DNA of 64,000 nt from Pseudomonadota bacterium. Its GTDB lineage: Bacteria; Bdellovibrionota_B; Oligoflexia; Silvanigrellales; Silvanigrellaceae. Of the stretch, positions 39,807 to 49,871 are shown piece after piece. The notes beneath the pieces were generated by a model, which worked only from the letters and a program-made list of their open reading frames with translations, was not told the origin of the DNA and ran no database searches. Both the position numbers and the translations under genes were made by a program. Where the stretch lies: assembly GCA_039799905.1 (NCBI GenBank), contig JBDLRP010000034.1:1-64000 (forward strand). The letters are read 5' to 3'. Within the stretch, counting starts at the first letter, position 1. Every line of letters begins with the position of its first letter.

Positions 39807-41711
39807 ATGAATTCAGGGACTCAAAAAATCATTCGCATTGCCAATGCCGGAGGCTATTGGGGCGATGATCCGTTTGCATTGCGCCGGCAGGTTGGCGGTG
39901 CGCTCAAGTTGGATTACATCTCGATAGATTTTCTTGCAGAAATCACCATGAGTATTCTGCAGAAGCAAAAGCAAAAAGACCCCGCGCTCGGATACGCGGG
40001 CGACTTCATTTCTCAGCTGTCTCCGCTGTTGAAAGCATGCAAAGAGCGCGGAATCAAGATCATCACCAATGCCGGAGGCGTGAATCCACGCGCCTGTGCA
40101 GATGCTCTTTTTGCGCTGGGTCGCCAGATCGGAGTCGACCTGCGAGTGGCGCTGGTTGAAGGTGATGACATTGCTTCCCGTTTGCCGGAGCTCGTCCGTC
40201 AACCCGGATGTGCCATGAAAAACATGGAAACCGGTGATTCGTTTGATGGAGTGTTGCCGCGCGTCCTCAGCGCCAATGTCTATTTTGGCGCGCTGCCGGT
40301 GGTCGAGGCTTTGCGCAGCAACCCTGACATCGTCGTCTGTGGGCGTGTGACCGATACAGGCATTACGCTCGCCGCGATGATTCATGAGTTCGGGTGGTCT
40401 GCAGACGATTACGACAAACTCGCCCACGGTATTGTCGGTGGACACATCATCGAGTGCGGTGCGCAGGCCACCGGCGGCAATTTTACCGACTGGCGCAAGG
40501 TCAAGAGTTTTGAAGACGTCGGCTTTCCGATTCTTGAGTGCTCCGCGGATGGCAGCTTTGTCGTCACAAAACATCCAGACACGGGTGGACTCGTTTCGCT
40601 TCAGACGATCCGCGAACAGCTTTTGTACGAGATGGGTCATCCGCAAAGTTACATCACGCCCGATGTGATTGCCGACTTTTCGACAATCTCTCTGAGCGCA
40701 GACGGAGCCGACAGGGTGCGTGTTTCCGGTGTCAAAGGTCGCCCTCCCACTGATTTGCTGAAAGTCAGCGTTGCCTATTCGGATGGGTACAAAGCCAGCG
40801 GAACTTTGATTATTTCGGGTCCGGACGCGCGCGCCAAGGCGGAAGTCTTTTCCGGAATCATGTGGCAGAAGCTTTCTGCTGAATTGACAAAAGCAGGGCT
40901 TCAGCAATGCCGCAAAACAATGACCGAGTATATCGGTGATGATTCCACGCACCGCGGCCTTTCACCTCAACATTCCGTCAAGGAGGTGCTGGTCCGCTTC
41001 GGCGCACTGGCAAACGAAAAGGCTGCATTGCAGATTTTCAGAAAACTTCTACCGAGTCTTATTTTGAGTGGTCCTTCGGGTGTCGCGGTGACGGGCGGAG
41101 CGCCGGTTATCAGTGACGTCGTCAGTTATTGGCCCGCACTCATTCCCCAGGAAGTGGCGCTGGCTCGCGTATGGGTTGGCGAGGTGAAGGCGCCGCAACA
41201 CGGCGACGTCCGACAGATCACCCAGACCGGCGAACTGCCTTGGCCGCGCACAGGCGGATCAGCTGAAGTTTCCACCGCACCTGCCGATGGCCACACGTGG
41301 TCACAATTTAAGAATGATTCATGTCAGCGGCTGCCATTGTGGATGATTGCCCATGCGCGCAGCGGCGACAAAGGCGACACAGCGAACATTGGTCTTATCG
41401 GCCGGTCGCCGGAGTGTTACGCGTGGCTGCGTGACAACATCACAGCCACCATGGTCAAGCAATGGTTTGCAAGCATCTGCAACGGAGCCGTGAATTGCTT
41501 CAGTGTTCCTAATCTGTGGGCGCTCAATTTCCTTCTTGAAGAAAGTTTGGACGGCGGTGGTACCATGAGCCTGTGCATTGACGCTCAAGGGAAGACACTG
41601 AGTCAGGCGCTGTTACGTTGTGAGGTAGACGTTCCGCTCGGGCTGCTGTCGACGATAGATGCGCTTCACAGGGCGCCGGACAGTGAATTGCTGCAGGGAG
41701 TCAGAGCATGA
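39807..41711 (+). CDS. atuA: Acyclic terpene utilization AtuA (DUF1446) family protein
   Basis: IRIANAGGYWGD, FLAEITMSIL, GHIIECG.QATGGNF, EQLLYE, HARSGDKGD, DAQGK. Confidence 0.9.
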   Translation: MNSGTQKIIRIANAGGYWGDDPFALRRQVGGALKLDYISIDFLAEITMSILQKQKQKDPALGYAGDFISQLSPLLKACKERGIKIITNAGGVNPRACADALFALGRQIGVDLRVALVEGDDIASRLPELVRQPGCAMKNMETGDSFDGVLPRVLSANVYFGALPVVEALRSNPDIVVCGRVTDTGITLAAMIHEFGWSADDYDKLAHGIVGGHIIECGAQATGGNFTDWRKVKSFEDVGFPILECSADGSFVVTKHPDTGGLVSLQTIREQLLYEMGHPQSYITPDVIADFSTISLSADGADRVRVSGVKGRPPTDLLKVSVAYSDGYKASGTLIISGPDARAKAEVFSGIMWQKLSAELTKAGLQQCRKTMTEYIGDDSTHRGLSPQHSVKEVLVRFGALANEKAALQIFRKLLPSLILSGPSGVAVTGGAPVISDVVSYWPALIPQEVALARVWVGEVKAPQHGDVRQITQTGELPWPRTGGSAEVSTAPADGHTWSQFKNDSCQRLPLWMIAHARSGDKGDTANIGLIGRSPECYAWLRDNITATMVKQWFASICNGAVNCFSVPNLWALNFLLEESLDGGGTMSLCIDAQGKTLSQALLRCEVDVPLGLLSTIDALHRAPDSELLQGVRA

Positions 41712-42580
41712 GTCGTTCTGAACGGTTGAATTTGAGCGTTGATTACAACGGTAAAACACTTTGCGTCCGTCATGCCGGTCATGGTGTGGTGCGGCTGGTG
41801 CTCAACCGTCCCAATGTCCGCAATGCCTTCAATGCGGAGATGATCGCCGAGATAAACGATGTTTTGGCCGAGCTTGCGGCCACGACCGATGAAAACAAAA
41901 TGCGTGTCCTCGTCATCGAGGGGACAGGCGAACATTTTTGTGCAGGCGCGGACTTGGCATACATGCGCGAGCAGTCGGCGGCGGGCGAGCCGCAAAGCCT
42001 GCGTGATGCGCGCGTGTTGGGAACGCTGTTTTTTCGCCTTGCGAGCTTCCCGACGACAGTTGTTTCCGCGGTTCGTGGTGCGGCCATCGGCGGTGGTTTT
42101 GGACTTGTCTGTTGTTCAGATGTGGTCGTCTGCCAATCTTCGTCGCAGTTCGCCACCAGTGAGGTGCGACTGGGAATCGTTCCGGGTGTCATCAGTCCGT
42201 ATATCATCCGCAAGCTCGGTGCCGGACGTTCCGCTTCGTTCATGCTCTCCGGCGAACGACTTTCGGCCGCACAGGCCTTGAGCATTGGTCTTGTCAATCA
42301 TGTTGTTGATTCCAGCGAGACGGATGCCTTTCGCGAGAAACTTGCTGCGGTGGTCAGTGAGCACCTGAAAGCGGGAGCAAACGCAGCCCGCCGCACCAAG
42401 GAGCTGCTGCGCAAAATTCATCCACTCCCCGATCCCGGCCTGTTTGAACACACGGCGTCAGCGATCGCCGTGGCGCGCTGTTCGCCCGAGGGCAAACATG
42501 GTCTGCAGCAATTTTTTGAAAAAAAGCCGACGGACTGGTCTGCTGATGTCGGTGCTGCAGCGTTTGGAGATGTGCAATGA
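41708..42580 (+). CDS. liuC: Enoyl-CoA hydratase, methylglutaconyl-CoA hydratase-like
   Basis: LNRPNVRNAFN, FCAGADL, AIGGGFGL, SEVRLGIVP..ISPY; ATGA overlaps on both sides. Confidence 0.82.
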   Translation: MSRSERLNLSVDYNGKTLCVRHAGHGVVRLVLNRPNVRNAFNAEMIAEINDVLAELAATTDENKMRVLVIEGTGEHFCAGADLAYMREQSAAGEPQSLRDARVLGTLFFRLASFPTTVVSAVRGAAIGGGFGLVCCSDVVVCQSSSQFATSEVRLGIVPGVISPYIIRKLGAGRSASFMLSGERLSAAQALSIGLVNHVVDSSETDAFREKLAAVVSEHLKAGANAARRTKELLRKIHPLPDPGLFEHTASAIAVARCSPEGKHGLQQFFEKKPTDWSADVGAAAFGDVQ

Positions 42581-44667
42581 AAAAGCTCGTGATTGCCAAC
42601 CGCGGCGAAATTGCCCGCCGCATATTGCGCGCAGGGCGTGATTATGGCTGGCGCGTGGCAGTGATCTCCACTCCAGAAGATCGTGATGCTCCGGTACGTT
42701 TTGAAGCCGACGCCGTGCTTGAGGTGGACAGTTTCCTCAATGCCGCTGCGATTGTCGAAGCGGCCAAGCGGTGGAACGCCGAACTCATTCACCCAGGCTA
42801 CGGCTTTTTGTCTGAAAATTCGGAATTCGCTCAGCTCGTGGAAGAGTCCGGCATTAAATTTGTCGGTCCGACAGCGGCCAACATGCGCGCCATGGGCGGC
42901 AAAGAGTCGGCCAAGGCATTTGCAAAAAAGTGCGGAGTGCCGACACTCGAAGCTCTGCTGAGTGATGAACTCAAATCAGTTCCCGAGGCTCAGTGGCCGG
43001 AGGCGTTGCACAAACGCGGAATCATCGCGCCGTACCTTGTGAAGGCGAGCGGCGGCGGCGGCGGCCGCGGTATGCGTATTGTCGACAACGTGCGCGACCT
43101 TGCGGATGCGGTTAAGCGCGCAGCACAGGAGGCTCAAGCGAGTTTCAACGACCCGACAGTTTTCGTTGAGCGCTATCTTGTTGCTCCGCGTCACGTCGAA
43201 ATTCAGGTGTTCGGCGACGGTGCGGGCGGCGGAGTGTTTTTGGGTGAGCGCGAGTGTTCGTTGCAACGTCGCCACCAGAAAGTTCTCGAAGAGGCACCGA
43301 GTGCAGTGGTCGACCATGCTCTGCGTGAAAAGATGGGCCGTGCATCGCTGGCGCTGGTTGCCGAAACAAAATATCGCGGCGCGGGAACTGTTGAGTTTTT
43401 GCTCACCGCGGACGGGCATTTTTTCTTTTTGGAAATGAACACACGTCTGCAGGTGGAACACCCCGTCACGGAGCTGGTCTACGGTGTGGATCTGGTGAAG
43501 GCTCAGTTTGATTTGGCATTGGGTCGTTGGCCCGAGCAATTGGCTCGTCCGGATGTTTTCAGTGTGCCTGTGCCAAAGGGTGTTGCCATTGAAGCGCGTC
43601 TGCTGGCCGAAGATCCGCGTGCGGGTTTTTTGCCGACACCCGGTCCGTTGGTTGTCTACAAAGAGCCCGTCATGAATGGCGTCCGTTTTGACTCGGGTGT
43701 CGTTGAGGGCGGGCGTGTCAACGATCGCTTTGATTCGATGATCGCAAAGGTCATTGCGCATGCGCCGACACGCGCAGCAGCGTGTGATCTTCTCGCGAGG
43801 GCTCTTGAGTCGACTGTCGTGCACGGCTGCACCACAAACCTTCCTTTTTTGACTGCGGTTGCTCAACATGGCGACTATATCAATTCCAATGTCTCAACAG
43901 CTTGGATTGGTCAGAATGTCGAACAACTCAATGAGAGTCTCGTTCCCACACGGCTGGTCGATTTTTTTAACCGGCTCGAAGTGCGCCGAGCGCTTGCAGC
44001 AGCCGTTCTATTACGCAGCGCCCAATATGCGCACTATCGACCCGAGAACGGGCAGACGGCAATAATCGGCGACCGATTTGCGTCACTCGTTCCGTCGACC
44101 CGCAGCCATGCGTCATCTGGACTCAATGTCGGGTCGAAGTTCGAATATTCAGGTGTAGACGTAGTGCCGGCTGAACAGCCTCACGTCTTCAAGTTACGCG
44201 GTCGTGGCTTGGTTGAAGCACTTGTTGCGCTGGAACCCGAATCTCTGTCGAGAAGCACATTTTCGTTGTCCGCAGCTTGCCAAAAGGCGCAATCGGGGCA
44301 TGGCACAGAACTTGAGCTCACCTGCACACTGTCGCGTCCGCGCGGGCAACATCTTCAAATGACAATCTTTGGTGAGACCTTGACGCTCGAATGGCCCGAC
44401 GACTCGCGGGCACAGCTGGAAGTGGGGGTGTCGGATGGTTCAGGTGAGGCACTCCTCAAGGCTCCCATGGCCGGCAAAGTACTTGAGGTTCGCGTTGCAG
44501 ATGGCGATACAGTTCAAGAGGGAGACCTGCTGTTCGTGCTGGAATCCATGAAGATGCAGCTGGAGATCCGTGCACCGCGATCGGGCATTCTCAGCGCACT
44601 TCGTGTTCAGGCCGGAATGACACTTGCAGGTCCGGATGTTTTGGCAGAAATCAGAGACTCGATATAA
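42577..44667 (+). CDS. liuD: Biotin carboxylase/biotin carrier subunit of methylcrotonyl-CoA carboxylase
   Basis: IANRGEIA, HPGYGFLSEN, GGGGRGM, RECSLQRRHQK, EMNTRLQVEH, ESMKM biotinyl Lys. Confidence 0.88.
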   Translation: MKKLVIANRGEIARRILRAGRDYGWRVAVISTPEDRDAPVRFEADAVLEVDSFLNAAAIVEAAKRWNAELIHPGYGFLSENSEFAQLVEESGIKFVGPTAANMRAMGGKESAKAFAKKCGVPTLEALLSDELKSVPEAQWPEALHKRGIIAPYLVKASGGGGGRGMRIVDNVRDLADAVKRAAQEAQASFNDPTVFVERYLVAPRHVEIQVFGDGAGGGVFLGERECSLQRRHQKVLEEAPSAVVDHALREKMGRASLALVAETKYRGAGTVEFLLTADGHFFFLEMNTRLQVEHPVTELVYGVDLVKAQFDLALGRWPEQLARPDVFSVPVPKGVAIEARLLAEDPRAGFLPTPGPLVVYKEPVMNGVRFDSGVVEGGRVNDRFDSMIAKVIAHAPTRAAACDLLARALESTVVHGCTTNLPFLTAVAQHGDYINSNVSTAWIGQNVEQLNESLVPTRLVDFFNRLEVRRALAAAVLLRSAQYAHYRPENGQTAIIGDRFASLVPSTRSHASSGLNVGSKFEYSGVDVVPAEQPHVFKLRGRGLVEALVALEPESLSRSTFSLSAACQKAQSGHGTELELTCTLSRPRGQHLQMTIFGETLTLEWPDDSRAQLEVGVSDGSGEALLKAPMAGKVLEVRVADGDTVQEGDLLFVLESMKMQLEIRAPRSGILSALRVQAGMTLAGPDVLAEIRDSI

Positions 44668-44697
44668 TTAGTTCTCCGTGAGAACGGGAGAGGAAAT

Positions 44698-45840
44698 ATG
44701 AAGAACGACTTTTCGGCAGAGATGAGAGAATTGACAGAAACCGTGCGCGCGTTCGCAAGCAAGGAGCTTGCGCCGCATGCAGATGAGCTTGACCGAGAAG
44801 AGCGCCTGGCTCCCGGCATCTTCAAAAAACTGGGCGACCTTGGAATTTTGGGAATCACGATTCCCGAGGAGTTCGGCGGGGCGAATCTTGGTGCCAAGGC
44901 GATGGTCTCGGTCATGGAAGAACTCAGTTACGCCGAGCCGGGAACGTGCTTGTCCTATCTTGCTCATTCTTTGCTGTTCGTTCACAACCTCGCGCAAAAC
45001 GGATCCAAAGAACAGTGCGACCGGTATCTGCCTCGCTGTGTCACAGGCGAGCTTGTGACCGGTATGGCAATGACTGAACCGGGTGCAGGGTCTGATGCCG
45101 TCGGCATGACAACCCGTGCCGTACGCGAAGGTGACCACTATGTGTTGAACGGAACCAAGATGTTCATCACAAACGGTCCGATTGGCGATGTCTTTCTTGT
45201 TTATGCGCGCACAGGAGAGGGGCGGCAGGACTTGTCGACCTTCATCGTGGAGAGTGGTTTTGCCGGATTCACGGTGAGTAAGAAGCTTTCCAAAATGGGT
45301 ATGCGTTCGAGTCCGACGGGCGAACTGGTTTTCCGCAATTGCCGCGTTCCGGTTCAGAACAGAGTCGGTGAGGAAGGCTCGTGCGTGAAGCACATGATGA
45401 AAAACCTCGACATTGAGCGGGTCGGCTTGGCGGCGATGAGTCTTGGAATTGCCCGAGCGTGTCTCGATCACTCACTCAAGTACTCAACAGAGCGGAGCCA
45501 GTTTGGCGAGCCGATTGTCAACTTCCAGTCCATCAGCGAGAAGCTCAGCAACATGTACATCGGTTACCGCGCCGCGCGGGCTCTCGTGTATGAAGCTGCG
45601 CAGGTTATTGATGAGGGCAGACGTGCGAATCAGGAAGCCGCAGCGGCAAAAGTATTTGCCTCCGAAATGGCGACCAAAGTTGCGCTCGATGCCATTCAGG
45701 TTTTGGGTGGATATGGATACATCCGTGAATTTCCGGTCGAGCGTCTGATGCGCGATGCCAAGTTGCTTGAAATTGGTGGCGGGACAAGTGAAATTCTCCG
45801 TAGCGTGATTATCAAAGAGTTTGTCCGCAAGAGCCGTTAA
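44698..45840 (+). CDS. liuA: Isovaleryl-CoA dehydrogenase
   Basis: MTEPGAGSD, ITNGP, LDIER (IVD-type catalytic Glu position), LEIGGGTSEI. Confidence 0.85.
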   Translation: MKNDFSAEMRELTETVRAFASKELAPHADELDREERLAPGIFKKLGDLGILGITIPEEFGGANLGAKAMVSVMEELSYAEPGTCLSYLAHSLLFVHNLAQNGSKEQCDRYLPRCVTGELVTGMAMTEPGAGSDAVGMTTRAVREGDHYVLNGTKMFITNGPIGDVFLVYARTGEGRQDLSTFIVESGFAGFTVSKKLSKMGMRSSPTGELVFRNCRVPVQNRVGEEGSCVKHMMKNLDIERVGLAAMSLGIARACLDHSLKYSTERSQFGEPIVNFQSISEKLSNMYIGYRAARALVYEAAQVIDEGRRANQEAAAAKVFASEMATKVALDAIQVLGGYGYIREFPVERLMRDAKLLEIGGGTSEILRSVIIKEFVRKSR

Positions 45841-45905
45841 GAGTCTGGCTTTTTTCGCCCAACGAGCGGATTCAAAATCTGTTGGACACTGTCCATTCTT
45901 TAGAC

Positions 45906-45930
45906 ACAGCCCTGTGGGGCTGTTTTTTTT
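45906..45930 (+). terminator. Rho-independent terminator after the liu operon
   Basis: ACAGCCC-TGTG-GGGCTGT stem-loop followed by a T run. Confidence 0.8.
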
Positions 45931-45960
45931 GACTTCACCAAAATCGCAGAACTTTTTGTC

Positions 45961-45976
45961 TGGCATGACTCCTGCT
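45961..45976 (+). promoter_or_regulatory. Sigma54 -24/-12 promoter
   Basis: TGGCAT-GACTC-CTGCT, 52 nt upstream of ATG 46029. Confidence 0.6.
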
Positions 45977-46028
45977 GCACCTTGGACATGCAGATTTGAA
46001 AAATTTATTGGTTTTGGAGGATTTCAGC

Positions 46029-46784
46029 ATGAGTGCACGATTGACTGTCGCCAGAGTTGCTTTTGCTTTGGTGGCTATAGTCGTCTCTGCTTGCGGGCAG
46101 GCAGACAAACCACAGGAATCTGAAACACAAGGCTGGCTTCCTTGGGTAAATGACGAGCCGGTCAAAATTTTCAAAACAGAGAGTGGCGATGACATTCCAG
46201 AGCGTGTGGCAAAATTCCTCGACACCGCTGAACAGTTCGGGCGCGGAGTTCACACCTATCGTCTGGGTTCCTACACCCGCAGCGTGACCGACTGCAGCGG
46301 TTTCCTTGGTCAGGCACACCGCTCCGCAGGTCATCGAGTGGCGGTCTTTCAATTCGATTGGGATTTTGTGAATTTCGATGGATGCAAAGGGCAGCTGCGT
46401 GCCGGCGATGTGCTTTTGCTCGCATACCCTGGTCGCCAGCCGGATCATTGGGTGATGGTCGCCGACGTCCGCGATCCAAACGGCAAATTCAATTCAGCAG
46501 ATAATATCATTATGGACGTGTCTTCAGACTATGTTGACGGAAAGCCGTTTTACAAAGGTCCGCTCAGCCGCCGCCGCAATCTTTTGGCGCGCAACGTTTA
46601 TGCCTGTCGTCGTCACCGTACGTTTGAGCGCGACTGGAAGCAGATGATGGTGCAGATCAAGGAACAGCAGTCTCGGCCGGTTCAGAGTGATCCGGATGCA
46701 ACTCCCGACAATTTCGAATTGCCTGTTACGAAGCCCGAACCGCAGCCTCAGGCCCGGCCAAACTCCGTGGGCACGTCGATGTGA
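46029..46784 (+). CDS. Lipoprotein with NlpC/P60-like cysteine hydrolase domain
   Basis: Lipobox VSAC; YRLG..TDCSGF, GDVLLL, DHWVMV; GGAGG RBS. Confidence 0.7.
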   Translation: MSARLTVARVAFALVAIVVSACGQADKPQESETQGWLPWVNDEPVKIFKTESGDDIPERVAKFLDTAEQFGRGVHTYRLGSYTRSVTDCSGFLGQAHRSAGHRVAVFQFDWDFVNFDGCKGQLRAGDVLLLAYPGRQPDHWVMVADVRDPNGKFNSADNIIMDVSSDYVDGKPFYKGPLSRRRNLLARNVYACRRHRTFERDWKQMMVQIKEQQSRPVQSDPDATPDNFELPVTKPEPQPQARPNSVGTSM

Positions 46785-46848
46785 ACGCAAGCCGGCAGCT
46801 CTGGAAGGTTCTGACACTTGCAGGAATTTCGCGTTGCCGATGAAGTGG

Positions 46849-46875
46849 GGTCCTGTTACCATAGGTAACGGGACC
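46849..46875. repeat. 12-bp inverted repeat hairpin
   Basis: GGTCCTGTTACC-ATA-GGTAACGGGACC with one G-U pair. Confidence 0.7.
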
Positions 46876-46902
46876 AATCTTTACGGGTTCAACAGGTGCA
46901 AC

Positions 46903-47871
46903 GTGCAAGACACTGCCCGCAATATAATCATTAAAGAACTTCCGCCATCCGGTGAGCGACTGCCGTTGTTTATTGTTGGCGATGTACATGGTTGTGCGAA
47001 GGAACTTCGCGATCTTTTACAAAAAGCAAAGCAGCGTGTTGCGGAATTTCAACTTGTGCTGGTTGGCGACCTCTTCACCAAGGGGCCTGATCCCGTCGGC
47101 GTCTTCGATCTCATTCACGAATTCAACGCTATTTGTATAAAAGGCAATCACGATTGGGCACTCTGGGCGGCCATGGTGCAAGCCCAGCGTCGTGGGCTGC
47201 AATCTTTGCCTGAGCACACCCAGCAGACTCTTCACTTTATCCGCCACCACCGGCGGGCGATGTTTGATTTTGTAAACAACCTTCCTCACGCGTACACGAC
47301 AACTGTCAAGCCGTCGCGCGAGCGCAAAGGATGGGAGAGCCAGTATCCGCTTGTCATCGTTCACGCTGGCATCGATCCTGTTTCTGGTTTGGCTGCCACA
47401 CCTGAGCGGATGATGCTGACCGCTCGCTATGTGCGTTGGGAAGATCCTCAGGCGCGCAACAAACTGTTGCTGGTACCGTCGGGATATCGCGCAGAGATGT
47501 TGGCTGAAGCAGAGCAAAAGCTGCAGAAGTCGGCAGCGGCGAAGTCGTCGGCGCCCGAGTTGCCCGCTCCGCATACAACCGTTCGTTCGCGCCCGGATGT
47601 TGCCGACAAATTTCGCTGGCATGAGCTGCACTCAGGACCCCAATTGATCGTCTTCGGTCATGATGCCAAGCAGGGGTTGTTCAGAAAGACCCTGCCAAGC
47701 GGTCGGCCTATCTGTGTTGGTCTTGATACCGGTTGCACTTACGGCCGTCAGTTGACCGGCTACTTTCCGGAATTGGATGATGCGGTTCAGGTTGATGCCA
47801 GACGCAATTATTTTGATCTCGCCCGCAACGTGATAGTAACAAAAGGTCCGTCACCGAAATTGGCCGTCTGA
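46903..47871 (+). CDS. Calcineurin-like metallophosphoesterase (ApaH/PrpE-like)
   Basis: GDVHG, GDLFTKG, GNHD, HAG, FGH, LDTG; GTG start at 46903 is tentative. Confidence 0.85.
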   Translation: MQDTARNIIIKELPPSGERLPLFIVGDVHGCAKELRDLLQKAKQRVAEFQLVLVGDLFTKGPDPVGVFDLIHEFNAICIKGNHDWALWAAMVQAQRRGLQSLPEHTQQTLHFIRHHRRAMFDFVNNLPHAYTTTVKPSRERKGWESQYPLVIVHAGIDPVSGLAATPERMMLTARYVRWEDPQARNKLLLVPSGYRAEMLAEAEQKLQKSAAAKSSAPELPAPHTTVRSRPDVADKFRWHELHSGPQLIVFGHDAKQGLFRKTLPSGRPICVGLDTGCTYGRQLTGYFPELDDAVQVDARRNYFDLARNVIVTKGPSPKLAV

Positions 47872-47891
47872 AATTCCTGCGGGTTCCATCT

Positions 47892-49721
47892 ATGTCAACT
47901 TCGACTGCAACTTTTCCGAGTGATGAGCGCCTTGCCGAGTTGTTCAAGGGCAATGATCAGTTTTTCAATTTGCTGATGCGGCAGTGCGTGCGCACCGAAC
48001 AGGTCATAGCGCGCAGTTACGCTGAAGGAACTTGGAACCAATACTCTGGTCATGATTTCCTCACTCATCTGGGGCGCGCGGTACGCAATTGGATAAAGGC
48101 TCTGGGTGGAATTCGCCCCGAGCGCGCAGCCGATGCCAAGACGCGTGGGCCGGCTATTCTGTTTTTGTCACACAACAGTTACACAACTTGGGTTACGAGC
48201 CTTGCGGCCGTTGCTGCCGGTTTCGATGTCATGTTCATGCCCTTGCATGCGTCGGCTGCGGATATCCGCTGGTGTTTGGAATACTTTGGATGCGTCGCTG
48301 TTGCGACTGACATTGAAGGATACGCCGGACAGTTGAAGGATCTTGGTGCTCCCACATTCGATCTGTCCAATATGTACTGGGCTGCTCGTGACAGTGGCAA
48401 TGAGCCGCCCGCGATAACTCTGTTCCGTTGGTACAAGACAGCCTCCGAATTGCGCGAGGCCAAGCGTCAGACGGGCTCCTTGCCAGAGATTAATGGCGAG
48501 ATTCCCGAACGTATCGGGGCGATGAATTTTATTTCCTTTGGTCATGATGGGTTTCAAAAGCCTGAAACTCTCTCATTGGACGCGTTGGTTGTAACGGCAA
48601 ATCATTTGCTCTTACATCTCAATACACCGTCTGAGCTGTTTTGGAAGACACTCGAGGTTTTGCCGCTCTCCAATCCGTTTGCTCATCTGTCACGATTCTG
48701 TGCGCTGCTGAAGAATGGTGTAGTGGGTTTTCCACAATTGGGTGGTGATTTTGAATCACACCTCAGAATTCTTCGTCCGACGGTTGTCTTTGCAAGTCCG
48801 AATGAACTCGAAATTCTCAGTAATCATGTTTCCGAGCTCTTGCGCGCTCCGGGGTTCAGTCCGCGTCTTGCGGTTGGCAATCGGCTTGATCAGGTGCGTG
48901 GGCTTTTGAAATCGGGGCGTGCCTTGAAGTTGCCCGAGCCTGTTTTTGATGCGGCCAGCAGGATGTTGTTGTGGGCGAGTCGGAATGCGATTGGCAAGGA
49001 TTTTGTCCGCTTCAGTCTTGCTGACCTGCAGCTGATTGTTCATGGTCTAGCCTCCGCAAGGGAACCTCATGTTGAAATGCTCGGACAAATGGGTGTGCCG
49101 GTGGTTGAAACATATGGTGTGACTGCGGCCTCCGGATTGCTGTCCGCCAACACGTTTGATGCACCCCATCTCAATCTGATCGGCAATCCTCTGTCGCATG
49201 TGTCATTCAGACTCGGACAAAACTCGGTGCTCGAGTACAGACTCAACCATCCTGCATTTGCCGGACATGGACATTGGCAGGAAACCGGCGACGTTGCGCA
49301 GATGACACCGTTTGGATTTAAAATCACCGGGCGCCGCAGGCACCTGTTTATGACCGCCGGAGGTGTGACGATTTCTCCGCTGCGTTTGGAGCAACTGCTG
49401 CGGGAGTCGGCGGAAGTTCAGGATGTGTGTATTGTCGGAGATAAAATGCCGTTTCTCGCGGCCCTGGTGGTTCTGTCGCCGGACGCACAGGCGGAGTTTC
49501 GTTCGAGCCCTGAGAAAATCCGTGAACTCGTCCAGCAACGCATTGGAAGTGTGAACGAAACTCTTCCTCGTCATGCAACAATAAAAAAGTTTTTGGTTTT
49601 AGAAAAACCATTTCAAGAATCTCTTGGTGAAAAGCTACCAAGTGGAAGTTTGAACAGACTTAAAATTAACGAAACACGGCGTCCCGAGATAGAGTCATTG
49701 TACCAGCCGAGCCCATCCTGA
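47892..49721 (+). CDS. AMP-binding (long-chain acyl-CoA ligase fold) protein with degenerate catalytic motifs
   Basis: LPLS, ETYGVT, ETGD, ITGRRR..GG.TISP..LE, GDKMPFLAAL match the fold; P-loop and terminal Lys are absent. Confidence 0.8.
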   Translation: MSTSTATFPSDERLAELFKGNDQFFNLLMRQCVRTEQVIARSYAEGTWNQYSGHDFLTHLGRAVRNWIKALGGIRPERAADAKTRGPAILFLSHNSYTTWVTSLAAVAAGFDVMFMPLHASAADIRWCLEYFGCVAVATDIEGYAGQLKDLGAPTFDLSNMYWAARDSGNEPPAITLFRWYKTASELREAKRQTGSLPEINGEIPERIGAMNFISFGHDGFQKPETLSLDALVVTANHLLLHLNTPSELFWKTLEVLPLSNPFAHLSRFCALLKNGVVGFPQLGGDFESHLRILRPTVVFASPNELEILSNHVSELLRAPGFSPRLAVGNRLDQVRGLLKSGRALKLPEPVFDAASRMLLWASRNAIGKDFVRFSLADLQLIVHGLASAREPHVEMLGQMGVPVVETYGVTAASGLLSANTFDAPHLNLIGNPLSHVSFRLGQNSVLEYRLNHPAFAGHGHWQETGDVAQMTPFGFKITGRRRHLFMTAGGVTISPLRLEQLLRESAEVQDVCIVGDKMPFLAALVVLSPDAQAEFRSSPEKIRELVQQRIGSVNETLPRHATIKKFLVLEKPFQESLGEKLPSGSLNRLKINETRRPEIESLYQPSPS

Positions 49722-49764
49722 CCGCCGGCAGGGGTGGGGATTCTGTCGCTGTTTACTTACCGGT

Positions 49765-49793
49765 TTGACCTCCAGATTTTGCATGGTTACTCT
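49765..49793 (+). promoter_or_regulatory. Putative sigma70 promoter for the prkA operon
   Basis: TTGACC-N17-TACTCT. Confidence 0.45.
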
Positions 49794-49871
49794 TAAACGA
49801 TCGAACTCGACGTCACCTGTACCAGAAGGTCCGGTGCGGTGCTTAGGCGGTTTCGTTTTGCCGGAGGAGCC

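Noticed and set aside
39813..40952. Long antisense ORFs opposite atuA, liuD, liuA, smc and nrdA (e.g. 42976-43869, 44668-45471, 32828-33682, 62149-63045)
   Set aside because: They are nested opposite well-supported genes and lack motifs.
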